Of a stretch of DNA of 64,000 bases, positions 46,526-56,890 are shown piece by piece. The DNA comes from a virus, in the IMG/VR virus record IMGVR_UViG_3300022682_000042, positions 1-64,000 of that record; one strand, 5' to 3'. The position numbers and the translations under genes were made by a program. Within the stretch, counting starts at the first letter, position 1, and each line of letters starts with the position of its first letter. The notes beneath the pieces were generated by a model, which worked only from the letters and a program-made list of their open reading frames with translations, did no database searches and was not told the DNA's origin.

Positions 46526-46794
46526 CCGAAGAAGAAAAACGAGAAGAGTTTGAGAAAGCATTTTTTATTCGACAGGTAATTGAGGCCGTTATGAATCGTC
46601 ATCAAGCCTGGTGGTACTCAGGTGGGGCCTGCCTGTCAGCCGGGGCCTGTCTGTTTCTGGCCCTACTGTTGATCGGTTGGTTGGCCGGCTGGTGGCCTGG
46701 GGGGTGGCAGTTAGGGGTAACGGTTATTGTTACCGGAATTCTGGCGATTAGCGGGGCGGGACAATATTCAAGGAGCAAGAAAGATGCCAGTTGA
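46519..46794 (+). CDS. Two-TM protein
   Basis: Hydrophobic hairpin. Confidence 0.5.
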   Translation, partial: EMTEEEKREEFEKAFFIRQVIEAVMNRHQAWWYSGGACLSAGACLFLALLLIGWLAGWWPGGWQLGVTVIVTGILAISGAGQYSRSKKDAS

Positions 46795-47608
46795 ATTTAT
46801 TGCCGAAGTCGGCTCTAATCACAATCATGACCTGGACCGGGCGGAAGCAATTATAGGACAGTCAGCCCAGGCCGGGTTTAATGCCGTTAAGTTCCAGTTC
46901 CAACAGATTGACAAAATGTTCCGGCCCGAAGTTTTTGCAAAGCGACCCGACCTCAGAGACCGGCGACAGTATGATTTTGACCCAGCTTGGTTATTGACGT
47001 TAAGAGAGATTTGCCAGGAATACCGGGTCAAGTTTTATATTACTTGTTACCGGGCTGAACAGATAAAACAAACTGATTATGTGGACGGCCTCAAAATATC
47101 ATCTTATGACCTATTGAATCGGCCCTTACTTGAGGCTATCAGCTATATCAACATCCCGGTACTGATGTCAACCGGAATGGCCTCAATAAATGAAATTGAG
47201 GCAGCTATTGAGGCCCTCGATGGCAATGTATCTACCCTATTACATTGTGTAAGCCAATATCCGGCCCGAATCGAACAGGCCGATTTGTGGCGGATAGCAG
47301 ATTTATCGGCCTTTGGTTTACCGGTGGGTTACTCTGACCACACGGCCAACTTTGGGGTGGTTCAGAGGGCAATTCACAAGTGGGGGGCCTCAGTGGTCGA
47401 GCTTCACGTTGACCTTGATGACCGGCAAGGGGTTGAAACTGCCGGGGGCCACTGTTGGACTATGACATCGGCAGCGATGTTGATAGGCAGTATCAGGGAC
47501 GGGGAACAGGCTGACGGGAGCGAGGGCCTTACCAGGACTGACTTATCAGAACGAGACTGGCGGGCCGATACGGACGGATTAAGGCCACTCAAGGGGGTAC
47601 AGGTATGA
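46784..47608 (+). CDS. NeuB/PseI/SpsE-family nonulosonate synthase
   Basis: IAEVGSNH, AVKFQ, STGM, LHCVSQYP, GYSDHT. Confidence 0.9.
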   Translation: MPVEFIAEVGSNHNHDLDRAEAIIGQSAQAGFNAVKFQFQQIDKMFRPEVFAKRPDLRDRRQYDFDPAWLLTLREICQEYRVKFYITCYRAEQIKQTDYVDGLKISSYDLLNRPLLEAISYINIPVLMSTGMASINEIEAAIEALDGNVSTLLHCVSQYPARIEQADLWRIADLSAFGLPVGYSDHTANFGVVQRAIHKWGASVVELHVDLDDRQGVETAGGHCWTMTSAAMLIGSIRDGEQADGSEGLTRTDLSERDWRADTDGLRPLKGVQV

Positions 47609-48846
47609 CCTTACCGGCAGCAGCTACATTTAGCAAAGACGGCCTGGCCTGGGGTTTGCCTCACTTAACCCCGGTCAAAAAGGTTGACGGCCCATCGGTT
47701 TTATGTGCTGATGACCGATGGAGAATAGACTGGACAAGTAGCCTGGGCCAGTGGTTATTCGGCCAAACTCAGGCTTTCAGAAATCATCTCCATTGGGCCT
47801 TAGATGAGTATGGGGGCCTATCGGCTACCCTGGCCCACGAACTGGAATACCGGGTAGCTGACCGGCTATCCTCGATGTTGGGGGCCAATGTGCCGGGATG
47901 GGAAGGCCGGGATATCGGGGTCAGGTTCCTCAAGTCTGGTTCCGATGCGACTCTGGCTGCTATCAGACTGGCCAGGGCGGTCACAGGCCGGGACACTATA
48001 GTAACCCTCAAAGGCCACTACCACGGGTGGGGGGATCAATTTATAGCCCGGACCGACCCGGCCCTGGGTATCCCCGATGTGGTCAAATACAAGGTAGTTG
48101 AGGCCGAATGGGGCAATGAGCTATCGGTCAACCATCTTCCCAATTATTTGCCGGCCGCCGTGATATTTGAGCATCCCCCGGAACAACCCCCGGACGGTTG
48201 GCCCGAATGGTTACGGGCCTGGTGTGACCGGAATGGAGCTTTACTTATTGCTGATGAAGTTGTAACCGGCCTCAGATATGGCCTGGGTGGGGCCTGTGGC
48301 CTGTGGGGGTATCAACCGGACTTGGTTTGTATGGGTAAGGCCTTGGGTAATGGGGCGGCAGTATCGGCCCTGGTAGGGCCAATGGAGACCGGTCTGTACG
48401 GAGAGGTTAAGCCATTGATGGGCCGATTTGGTGACAATTGTCCCCCATTTGTCAGTACCACGACCGGGGGGAATATCTTGGATTTGGCTGCGGTCGATTG
48501 GGTATTAACCAACTGGAACCAGGATAAAGTAGATGAGTTATGGCGAAATGGGGTCAGTATTCTTGAGGTAATAAAGTGGGCCGGCCTGGATGTTTACGGC
48601 CACGCTCCCCGGTCTGTTATCCGGTGGGAGTCTGAGATAGAACGGGGCTATTTTATTAAGGCAATGGCCGACCGGGGTCATCTAATTAACCGGCCTCAGT
48701 TCCCTAACCTGGCTCAGACGGTCGAGGACCGGGAAAGTCTGGGTAATGCCTTACAGGAAGTTATGGCCGAAATGGAGGGGATGGACCAGGCCGAGATGTA
48801 CCGGAAGGCCGGGCCATTGCCGAGAGTGTTGTTTAGTAATAGATAG
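47605..48846 (+). CDS. Class III PLP aminotransferase (GSA-aminomutase-like)
   Basis: KSGSDAT.AAIRLAR, YHGW, DEVVTG.R, GKALGNG. Confidence 0.88.
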   Translation: MTLPAAATFSKDGLAWGLPHLTPVKKVDGPSVLCADDRWRIDWTSSLGQWLFGQTQAFRNHLHWALDEYGGLSATLAHELEYRVADRLSSMLGANVPGWEGRDIGVRFLKSGSDATLAAIRLARAVTGRDTIVTLKGHYHGWGDQFIARTDPALGIPDVVKYKVVEAEWGNELSVNHLPNYLPAAVIFEHPPEQPPDGWPEWLRAWCDRNGALLIADEVVTGLRYGLGGACGLWGYQPDLVCMGKALGNGAAVSALVGPMETGLYGEVKPLMGRFGDNCPPFVSTTTGGNILDLAAVDWVLTNWNQDKVDELWRNGVSILEVIKWAGLDVYGHAPRSVIRWESEIERGYFIKAMADRGHLINRPQFPNLAQTVEDRESLGNALQEVMAEMEGMDQAEMYRKAGPLPRVLFSNR

Positions 48847-48861
48847 AAAGGTTTTGGTTGT

Positions 48862-49011
48862 ATGAATAATAATAATTTTGATAAAGACTTCAATCGTATG
48901 CGAATAGCTATTTTTATTGTCTGGATTATTTCCATGGTGGTTGGCCTGAGTTTATTTGGATTCCTTGTTTGGGTTGTAATTATGTTGTTGCGCTTTTTCG
49001 GTGTGATATGA
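48862..49011 (+). CDS. 49-aa membrane peptide
   Basis: GAAAGG RBS; hydrophobic; stop overlaps next ATG. Confidence 0.5.
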   Translation: MNNNNFDKDFNRMRIAIFIVWIISMVVGLSLFGFLVWVVIMLLRFFGVI

Positions 49012-49844
49012 ATATTCTCATTGTCGGCTACGGCCGGGCCGGTAAACGCCACGCCAAGATTGTAGAAAAACTAGGACATTTTTGGTTAGCTGTTGACCCG
49101 TCTATACAGGCTACAAAGGTTTTTAATACTCTTGATAGCGCCTTAGCCTATAAGTTAATTGATGAAAAATATGGCTCGTTTGATCTGGCCGTGATATGCA
49201 CCCCCCCCGGCCTTCACATTTCCCAGGCCCAAACCTGTCTTGACGCCGGCCTCCACGTTTTGATAGAAAAACCCTTGTGTGGGCGGGGCCAACTGGATAA
49301 GGCCGAAAAGTTGCTATATCACCCCCGGCAAGACCGGGTGATGATGGCCCTAAATTACAGGTGGCATCCGGCCATCAAAGGATTGAGACAAACCAGGGGG
49401 ATAGACTGGAATGAAGATTGGGCCGGACAATGGCAGGCCCATAGCGAACAACACCGGCAGACTATACCGGAATGGGGAATATTGCTTGACCACGCAGCCC
49501 ATACCATTGACATTATCCGGCATCTGTCCGGGTATGAACTACAACCCTCTTTTACCAGTCAGGACAATGACCGGCGGTTCGGAATATCTGGCCGGTTGTC
49601 TCACCCATCGGCCACATTCCTGATGTCAGATTGGGCCGACAGACCGGGGCAGAAGGTGGCCTACATCAAGGGGCCGTTTGGCCGAGTCGATATCCCGACC
49701 TTACCCTGGGAACTTGACCAGATGTTCGGGGGGATGTGGGGGGATGTGTTGGCCTGGGTCCGGGGAGAGATAGATAACCCTTGTCCGTTGGCTGATGGGT
49801 ATTTGGCTCAGGTGGTGCTGGAAAGGGCAAGGAAATTATTATGA
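49008..49844 (+). CDS. Gfo/Idh/MocA oxidoreductase
   Basis: VGYGRAG..H, VLIEKP, D..H.ID. Confidence 0.85.
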   Translation: MNILIVGYGRAGKRHAKIVEKLGHFWLAVDPSIQATKVFNTLDSALAYKLIDEKYGSFDLAVICTPPGLHISQAQTCLDAGLHVLIEKPLCGRGQLDKAEKLLYHPRQDRVMMALNYRWHPAIKGLRQTRGIDWNEDWAGQWQAHSEQHRQTIPEWGILLDHAAHTIDIIRHLSGYELQPSFTSQDNDRRFGISGRLSHPSATFLMSDWADRPGQKVAYIKGPFGRVDIPTLPWELDQMFGGMWGDVLAWVRGEIDNPCPLADGYLAQVVLERARKLL

Positions 49845-50671
49845 CCCACTACGGCCCTCCCATAGCCAAAAAAGGCAAGTTAATAGTCATCAACTGTCGA
49901 GAGTGCAAATATGCCCATCTTTACCCTTTACCGGACCCAATAGCCACAGCCCGGCATTATGCCGAGTATGACGCCGAATATTCTACCCCGGATGGGGCGG
50001 CCTGGCTAGACAAAGAAAAGGCCGAACACGAGGACGGTCTGTGGAACTCGGCCTACAGGTGGCAGGCGTCTCTACTCAATGAGGGGGCCTTGCTTGACGT
50101 GGGGGCCGGGGCCGGTTGGTTTGTTAGATGGTGGGATAAGAATGTTTGTCCGGCGGCCTACGGGGTAGAGCCTTCCAAAATTTGCCGGGATATTGGCCCT
50201 TCAATGCTGTCAACATTCGAGCAGGCTCAAAATGTTTTGGCCGATGTTCCTCTGGCTAATATACGCCTATCCCTGGTCCTGGAACACATTTTAGACCCGG
50301 AAACATTGCTCAGGCAGTATGTAGAGTTATTGAGGCCCGGAGGCCGGGTTATGGTCATAGTCCCCAATGAGTTCAACCCGTTACAAATGAGGGCAGCCCG
50401 GAAACGGGGAGACTGGTTTGTTAGCCGGAAACATATCAACTATTTTACCGGCCCCACTCTGGCTAAACTGTTCAACCGAGTTGGCCTGAGAGTCCGTTAT
50501 CTTGGGGCGACCTGTCCGACAGAGTTTTGGCCTGTCCGGAGGGGGTCTCAGTTTCATCGGGGGCGGTTACGGTTTGAGAAGTTGGTGGGGCCGGTGGCTT
50601 TCAGGTGGTATACAAGACTATACCACTCAAGGGGATGGGGCCGGGAAATTGTGATAGTCGGGGAAAAATGA
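49841..50671 (+). CDS. SAM-dependent methyltransferase
   Basis: LLDVGAGAG, VLEH, VPN. Confidence 0.85.
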   Translation: MTHYGPPIAKKGKLIVINCRECKYAHLYPLPDPIATARHYAEYDAEYSTPDGAAWLDKEKAEHEDGLWNSAYRWQASLLNEGALLDVGAGAGWFVRWWDKNVCPAAYGVEPSKICRDIGPSMLSTFEQAQNVLADVPLANIRLSLVLEHILDPETLLRQYVELLRPGGRVMVIVPNEFNPLQMRAARKRGDWFVSRKHINYFTGPTLAKLFNRVGLRVRYLGATCPTEFWPVRRGSQFHRGRLRFEKLVGPVAFRWYTRLYHSRGWGREIVIVGEK

Positions 50672-51318
50672 TATCTACTTTTAAACAATATATTCAACGT
50701 GAATTTAATCTTGTGGCAAAGAATTCCCCTGAATTTATTCCTGTGTATATTGATTATCTTGAAAAGATGAAAGCGGGATTTTTCAAAAATCTTTCTGTTT
50801 TCGGGCAACATTTCCGGGGTTTTGACTTGGTAGATGCAATGATTTTTTCTAGATTACATACAAGAATGTGTAATGGGGAAATTCTCTCGGCTGAAATAGA
50901 AGTAGGCCATGAACCTGTTGCAGATAGATATGAAAAGGAAAATAACGAATTTTTGAAATCATTACCATATCCATTTTCGGCAAAGTTTTTGAATGGCCCT
51001 GGTGGTTATTGTGATGGATGGTTTTATTGGGAAAAACCTGTATTTGTAGGTGTGAAAAAGCCCGATGATGACAAGATAATAGAAGAACAGTTGATGCCTA
51101 GATATTGTCAATTGGAGGTTGGTTACACACAATTAAGCCGAACTTTTTTCCATCTTTTCGAGGAGGGTTGTTTAGCCAGATGGCCGTACCATAGCAATAT
51201 TATTACTTTACTTTATCACAATACACAAACAGAAAAAAAAGAAAAATTGAGATATATGCCAGATGATAAATTTATGCAGTTAAGTTTTCGTCAACCTTTA
51301 TTTTTCAATCTAGAATAA
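50668..51318 (+). CDS. AT-rich hypothetical protein
   Basis: Coupled ORF with atypical composition. Confidence 0.55.
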   Translation: MISTFKQYIQREFNLVAKNSPEFIPVYIDYLEKMKAGFFKNLSVFGQHFRGFDLVDAMIFSRLHTRMCNGEILSAEIEVGHEPVADRYEKENNEFLKSLPYPFSAKFLNGPGGYCDGWFYWEKPVFVGVKKPDDDKIIEEQLMPRYCQLEVGYTQLSRTFFHLFEEGCLARWPYHSNIITLLYHNTQTEKKEKLRYMPDDKFMQLSFRQPLFFNLE

Positions 51319-51319
51319 T

Positions 51320-51742
51320 ATGAGATACTGGAAACTGACCGACCCCGCCTACACCTGGCCTACCCGCCTATCCCTGGCTTTAGGCCAATGGGAAAGCCCG
51401 ATGGAGGCCCTGTTCTGGCAGGAGGCCCGGAAGTGGGAGATATTCCCTGTCAGGCGGCGATTGCCCGGTTTAAGGCGGCAAGTTCTTTGTGGTGAGTACC
51501 GGCTTGACTTTGCTATAGTCCGGTGGCGATTTGGTAAACCGGCCATAAAGTTAGCTATCGAAATCGATGGCTGGCTCTATCATTCTACTCCTGAACAAAA
51601 GGCCAGAGACCGGCAACGACAGACTTATTGTGAGGCCAGAGGATGGCAGTTTATCAGATTTACCGGGTCAGAGGTTTATAGAGACACAACGGGGTGTATT
51701 AATGAAGTCCAGAATCAACTTCGTATTTTTGGCCTACGGTAA
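51320..51742 (+). CDS. DUF559/Vsr-like endonuclease
   Basis: YRLDF, IEIDG..H, D..R, GWQFIRF. Confidence 0.85.
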   Translation: MRYWKLTDPAYTWPTRLSLALGQWESPMEALFWQEARKWEIFPVRRRLPGLRRQVLCGEYRLDFAIVRWRFGKPAIKLAIEIDGWLYHSTPEQKARDRQRQTYCEARGWQFIRFTGSEVYRDTTGCINEVQNQLRIFGLR

Positions 51743-52583
51743 TGAACAGGTTGGCCTGGGCCATTACTACCGGACCATGGCCCTGGCTCAAGAGGCCAGT
51801 TGCCGGGGCCACCGGGTAACGTTTCTATCAGACAGGCCAACCCATCAACCTGGGGTCAGGTGGGAACAGGTAGTCTATAATGATCCGGCCTCATTCCTGG
51901 GGTGGATAAGACCATTACGGCCCGATTGGGTAATCGTTGATTTGCCGGAAAAGGCCCCGGATTGGGTCAGAGGCAATTGTAAATTGATGCTGCTTGACCC
52001 GGTCAATCCCTGGGAACAGGATTGTGATTTAGCTATCTCTCAGGGGTTCCGGGGCCACTATACAGCCCCGGAATATCTCATTTTGGCCCCGGAACTAAGG
52101 GCCATTCACCGGCCAACAGAACGGGACCGGTGTTGGTTTGTCTGGGGTGGGGCCTCTGATAATTTGGGCCTGTTGGAGCTATTTGCCCGGAATGTCCCTC
52201 AAACAGCCTTGCTTGCTTCGGCCAATGGGGTAACGCCAGAAGTCCAGTCCTGGAACCCTAAGCACTGGCAGGGGCGGGCCACAAACCGGTCAGAGTTTTT
52301 CCGGTGGATGGCTGAATGTGACCGGGCTGTTATCCAGATGGGTCATACAGCCTGGGAATGTCTCTATTTTGGTTTGCCTTTATGGTTGATTGCCCATTCT
52401 GATCGGGGCTATAAAACGGCCCTACAGATGGAAAAGCGAGGGTGGGCCAAAGTCTGGCCTCAAGTTGGCTCACCTCCGGGCCGGTCAATTAGACGATGGC
52501 TGGCTGAGAAATGGAGGCCGGAACCCTGCCCGATAGACGGTAAGGGGACTGAACGAATTATCAAGCTAATGGAGGCCGGGTGA
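51702..52583 (+). CDS. PseG/SpsG-like GT-B hydrolase/glycosyltransferase
   Basis: VGLGH..R..LA, GASD, G.T.WE..G.P, DGKG..RI. Confidence 0.8.
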   Translation: MKSRINFVFLAYGNEQVGLGHYYRTMALAQEASCRGHRVTFLSDRPTHQPGVRWEQVVYNDPASFLGWIRPLRPDWVIVDLPEKAPDWVRGNCKLMLLDPVNPWEQDCDLAISQGFRGHYTAPEYLILAPELRAIHRPTERDRCWFVWGGASDNLGLLELFARNVPQTALLASANGVTPEVQSWNPKHWQGRATNRSEFFRWMAECDRAVIQMGHTAWECLYFGLPLWLIAHSDRGYKTALQMEKRGWAKVWPQVGSPPGRSIRRWLAEKWRPEPCPIDGKGTERIIKLMEAG

Positions 52584-52858
52584 GACGGGATAACCGAGCT
52601 ATCATATCGGCCAGTCGGACCGGGGTGGCCGGGGATGAACTACCGGAAAAACGGGCCAGAATATACCTTTACAAACGGGGTGAACCGATACCGGGGCGGG
52701 ACCCCTGGCAGCATTATTGTGAGGAATGTCCATTTGATGACTGTATTAGAACAGAGGGAGATATGTCACCATTAGGAATGTGGGGGCGAGAATACCCTGG
52801 CTGTCCGATTTATGATGAGGCATTGAGGCAAAAAGGGGAAGAGGAGAGGGCGGCCTGA
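52580..52858 (+). CDS. Hypothetical protein
   Basis: CEECPFDDC; coupled. Confidence 0.5.
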   Translation: MRRDNRAIISASRTGVAGDELPEKRARIYLYKRGEPIPGRDPWQHYCEECPFDDCIRTEGDMSPLGMWGREYPGCPIYDEALRQKGEEERAA

Positions 52859-52971
52859 TGCAATTGACAATAACTTGGCCTTTAGTTTTAGTGGTCTTCA
52901 TTTGATAAGAATACCATATACATGCAAAGATATCGCAATGACTTTAGTTAGTGAAATAAATAGGATATTGG

Positions 52972-53799
52972 GTGAAAAATACGAGAATTGCTTTTGTAGT
53001 TAGTTCTGGAAGATCAGGGACAGCCCTCCTCGGCCAAAAGTTGCTACCGGCCCTCAATACCGATGGCCTGCAAGTTGAGGCCACTCACGAGTATCATTGT
53101 ACTCAAGTTCAGGAGTGGGCCGTCCGGTATCACTCCGGGGTAATGAGTCGGCAAGAGGTTCAACCCTTGTTATGGCGGCTATATGAGTCGGCCCGGTATC
53201 ATTCTGAGGCTCCCTTATTCGTTGACGTGTCAAATAAGTTATCCTGGCACATTACGGCCCTAACTGAACTATGGCCTGATGCTAAGTTCGTCCATATTAT
53301 CCGGGGCGGGCCACAAACCTGTCTCAGTTTCTATCACAAGCTCAAGGCCGAGTGCTATACTGACCGGGGGGTCAAGGCCCTACATCACTGGCTGGCCCGG
53401 TCAAGTGGGGTTATCCCCCCTCAAGAAAAAGAGTGGTGGTGGCCGATGCCTCACCTTGACAGCCCGTTTCTTGGTGACTTCATTTGGTCCTGGGGCCGGT
53501 GGCAACGAATTTGTTGGTATTGGGCCGAAGTCAACCGGGTTATCGGTAAAAGCCTGGAAAACTATGTGAGGCCCAAAAACAGGATGACAGTCAGGCTTGA
53601 GGATTTGGTGGGGGATAGTGGAGCCACCTGGCTTGAGTTGGTAACCTTCCTGGGCCTCAATTGGGTTGATGTTGATAGCCTGTTAGCCCGGCCTCATAAT
53701 GTGGGGTGGTTGGCCGAATATGAGATGACCGATAGCCAAGAGGGACAGTTCTGGAAGTTGTGTGGGAAAGTACAGGAGAAGTATTATAGCGGGGTTTAG
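52972..53799 (+). CDS. Sulfotransferase family protein
   Basis: GRSGT PAPS loop, FVHIIR, RLEDL. Confidence 0.8.
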   Translation: MKNTRIAFVVSSGRSGTALLGQKLLPALNTDGLQVEATHEYHCTQVQEWAVRYHSGVMSRQEVQPLLWRLYESARYHSEAPLFVDVSNKLSWHITALTELWPDAKFVHIIRGGPQTCLSFYHKLKAECYTDRGVKALHHWLARSSGVIPPQEKEWWWPMPHLDSPFLGDFIWSWGRWQRICWYWAEVNRVIGKSLENYVRPKNRMTVRLEDLVGDSGATWLELVTFLGLNWVDVDSLLARPHNVGWLAEYEMTDSQEGQFWKLCGKVQEKYYSGV

Positions 53800-54023
53800 C
53801 CGGCCTCGGCCATTCTATCAATCGTAATTAGTAGCGAAATGAAAGGAGGGAAGCCCCCAATGGCCAGGAAATTTGGGGAAAAACCTAGTGGATATGTCAA
53901 TGTGTCTGAGGCCGAGGCCGGCAGCCAAAAATTCGATTGGTGGCCCTGGGTGGCCGGGGCAATTATTATTCTATCCTGGTTATTGGCCGGCTATATGGCT
54001 GTCCAGTTGGTTAGGGGGGCGAT

Positions 54024-54512
54024 ATGAAAAAACATTTTAGATATTTCTGGTATGTTCTGAGACATAAGTGGTTTGTTCTTCAGGAGGGATTAAAACTTGG
54101 TTTGCCGTTATGGGTGCTTATTATTCATGATTGGCAAAAGTTTACACCGACAGAATGGCGACCATACGTATTATCATTTTATGGTCCGTGGTCTTATAAA
54201 GAACGTCCAAAATGGCTAGTTGATAATTTCAACCAAGCTTGGTTACACCATATCCATTATGGTCCACATCATTGGCAGTATTGGCTATTGGTGTATGATG
54301 ATGACAAAGAGGATGTTGAACGAATTGAAATGTCAGACAGGTATCGTCGGGAAATGCTGGCAGATTGGCGTGGCGCGGGCCGTGCAATTACGGGTAAAGA
54401 TAATACGAGGGATTGGTATATACAACGGCATGACCGTTTCAAAAAAATGTTACATCCGAATACTAGACAATGGATTGAATTAAAATTAGGTATTATGGGT
54501 GATATTGAATGA
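54024..54512 (+). CDS. His-rich HD-like protein (DUF5662-like)
   Basis: RHKW, HDWQKF, AWLHH..HHWQYW, EMLADW. Confidence 0.65.
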   Translation: MKKHFRYFWYVLRHKWFVLQEGLKLGLPLWVLIIHDWQKFTPTEWRPYVLSFYGPWSYKERPKWLVDNFNQAWLHHIHYGPHHWQYWLLVYDDDKEDVERIEMSDRYRREMLADWRGAGRAITGKDNTRDWYIQRHDRFKKMLHPNTRQWIELKLGIMGDIE

Positions 54513-55606
54513 GGTGTCTACTATGTAACGCTGACAAACCGGAACTGTCTCCGGCCTACAGGCCCGAAGGAACCCTACGAGATGTAACAGTCTGGCTTTG
54601 TAAACGGTGCGGGTTCCTGTTTAGCCAGGGCCAACCCCACGGTGATAGTCAACCCCGACCTACCCCCGATGCCTCATTCGGCAATTTGAGGCAGGGTAAG
54701 GCGGACCGGGTAGAACCCCATTTGGAATTTTTGTTAGATTATCACCCGGCCTTTACCCCGGCCAATATTCTTGATGTCGGGGCCAACCGGGGCCATTTTG
54801 TAAGGGCGGCCCTGGACCAATGGCCTGGATGTACGATAGTCGGAATAGAGCCAGACGACAGTTTGGGCCGGGTGGTCGATGACCGGGTGGCCTGGTTGAC
54901 AGGTAGACTTGAGGACTTTGAAGGGCCTAAACAAGCCTATGACCTTATTTATCTATCTCATACCCTGGAACATTTAGCCAATCCAAGGCAAGCCCTAAAA
55001 CGATTGGCCGATTGGACTTATCCAACCCTTGGCCTTCTGCTGGTTGAAGTTCCTAATATGGCCTTTATCCAACGGGAGGATGTTCTGGAAGAGTGGTTTA
55101 TTGATAAGCATGTTTCCCATTTCTCAGACCGGACTTTGAAAGCAATACTTGAGTTTGCCGGTTGGCGGGTAATGACCCTAGAAAAGTCAGACCATTATTT
55201 AACCGCTGTAGCTTCCCGTAGTATTCCCCTGGCTATTAGGACCTACAACGAACCGGCCATAGCCCTGGGTCGGCTCAAGTGGTATCAGGAGACCAGGGAG
55301 CGAAACCAGATGGCCTTAGTTGGTTACGTAGAAGCCTGGAACAAGGTAGCCCAGAACAACCGGGTAGCTGTCTGGGGAGAAGGCCGGATATTTCAGGCAA
55401 TGAGAAGAACTGGCCTTGATATGGGCCGGGTAGTGGTCGTTGACCGGAATGGCCCTAGCAGGCCGGCAGACTTGTTACCGGCTTACGGGCCTGATTATAT
55501 CTTGGTCTGTAGCCGGGAATATTTTGAGGAAATTGAGACTGAGGCCGAACAGTTGGGGTTGATGGCTGATGTGAGACGGTGGGACAGGCCACCGGGGAGA
55601 GAATAA
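54509..55606 (+). CDS. SAM-dependent methyltransferase with N-terminal Zn ribbon
   Basis: CLLC..CKRC, LDVGA.RG, HTLEH, EVPN. Confidence 0.85.
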   Translation: MRCLLCNADKPELSPAYRPEGTLRDVTVWLCKRCGFLFSQGQPHGDSQPRPTPDASFGNLRQGKADRVEPHLEFLLDYHPAFTPANILDVGANRGHFVRAALDQWPGCTIVGIEPDDSLGRVVDDRVAWLTGRLEDFEGPKQAYDLIYLSHTLEHLANPRQALKRLADWTYPTLGLLLVEVPNMAFIQREDVLEEWFIDKHVSHFSDRTLKAILEFAGWRVMTLEKSDHYLTAVASRSIPLAIRTYNEPAIALGRLKWYQETRERNQMALVGYVEAWNKVAQNNRVAVWGEGRIFQAMRRTGLDMGRVVVVDRNGPSRPADLLPAYGPDYILVCSREYFEEIETEAEQLGLMADVRRWDRPPGRE

Positions 55607-55607
55607 T

Positions 55608-56471
55608 TTGAGAACCAACGATGATTTGAAACGGCTGGCCCGTGAGGTTCGGAAACGGGCTATCCGGTATATTCACGCAAGTTCCGGTGCTCATCCGGGT
55701 GGGTCGCTATCAGTGGCCGATATCTTGACGGCCCTATATTTCAAGGTGGCCGAACCTCAACCCGTATATCAACCCGACCACCCAAACCGGGATATTATAA
55801 TTCTCAGTAAAGGCCATTCATTTCCTGCATTAATGGCAACCTGGGAACTACTTATCGAGGAAAGCCATAACTACCTTGACTCAGACTTTATCAGCTTACC
55901 CCCCTGGTGGGACGGGGGACCTATCACTCTCAGGCAAATCAACTCACCATTCCAGGGTCATCCATCCTTAACCCATACCCCCTGGTGTGAGACCAGTACC
56001 GGCTCGCTCGGCCAAGGCTTTGCTGTAGCCGTGGGAATGGCCTACGGCCTCAAGCAGAAGGGCCAGGATAGGCGAGTTTACGTTGTCTTGGGGGATGGGG
56101 AATTACAAGAGGGGATAGTAGCCGAGGTAGCCAGGGCTGCGGCCTGGTTGGGCCTTGATAACCTGACTGCTATTGTTGATTTTAACGGGTTGGCCTCAGA
56201 CAGGTATAGTCGGACGATAGATGACCCCGTTAAGGAGTTTAGGGCCTGGGGGTGGCATAGTTTTGATTGTAACGGTCATCGTTTTGGGGCTTTATATGAT
56301 AGCTTGGTAAATGGCCCAAAGCGAGGAAATGGCAAACCCACTTGTATCATAGCTCATACAATTAAAGGTAAGGGAGTTCCAGCTTTCGAGAATGATCCAG
56401 ACGGTTGTCACGGGGCGGTCACCTTGTCTGATGAGGATTTACAGATGACATTGGAGGCTTTAGATGGTTAA
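55608..56471 (+). CDS. Transketolase N-terminal (ThDP-binding) subunit
   Basis: HPGGSLS, LSKGH, TGSLGQG, GDGELQEG, TIKGKG. Confidence 0.92.
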   Translation: MRTNDDLKRLAREVRKRAIRYIHASSGAHPGGSLSVADILTALYFKVAEPQPVYQPDHPNRDIIILSKGHSFPALMATWELLIEESHNYLDSDFISLPPWWDGGPITLRQINSPFQGHPSLTHTPWCETSTGSLGQGFAVAVGMAYGLKQKGQDRRVYVVLGDGELQEGIVAEVARAAAWLGLDNLTAIVDFNGLASDRYSRTIDDPVKEFRAWGWHSFDCNGHRFGALYDSLVNGPKRGNGKPTCIIAHTIKGKGVPAFENDPDGCHGAVTLSDEDLQMTLEALDG

Positions 56472-56658
56472 GACAGTATTTGTTAGTGTAAAATTTGAAG
56501 TTAACTGGTTTGATATTGATTTTGGGAATAATTGGCCTGACAATGAGTCTCTTAAAAATTCCTCGGTTGATACTGTAATAGCAAATTATTTAACTAAAGA
56601 TGGTACAAATCAGGCCCCAGAGATATTAGTTAAGTTAATGGAGGAACTGGATGACTGA
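56464..56658 (+). CDS. Hypothetical protein
   Basis: Overlaps both neighbours. Confidence 0.45.
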   Translation: MVKTVFVSVKFEVNWFDIDFGNNWPDNESLKNSSVDTVIANYLTKDGTNQAPEILVKLMEELDD

Positions 56659-56890
56659 ACTAATAATGGTCCCGGTCAACTCGACTAACCTGTTGGCCGT
56701 GGGATATGAGTCAGAGACCTTAACCCTTTACGTCCAGTTTAAGAATGGTCGGACTTACAAATACCACCGGGTTCCCGAACAGGTTTATCTTGACATATTG
56801 GCCTTCAATCAGTCACCAAACCTGAGTATAGGCCAGTATTTTGAGAAGGCTGTCAAGGGGGGTCAGTACAAATATACGGAGGTGACATAG
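56651..56890 (+). CDS. KTSC domain protein
   Basis: PVNSTNL.AVGY..L.V.F..G..Y.Y..VP..SIG.YF. Confidence 0.88.
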   Translation: MTELIMVPVNSTNLLAVGYESETLTLYVQFKNGRTYKYHRVPEQVYLDILAFNQSPNLSIGQYFEKAVKGGQYKYTEVT

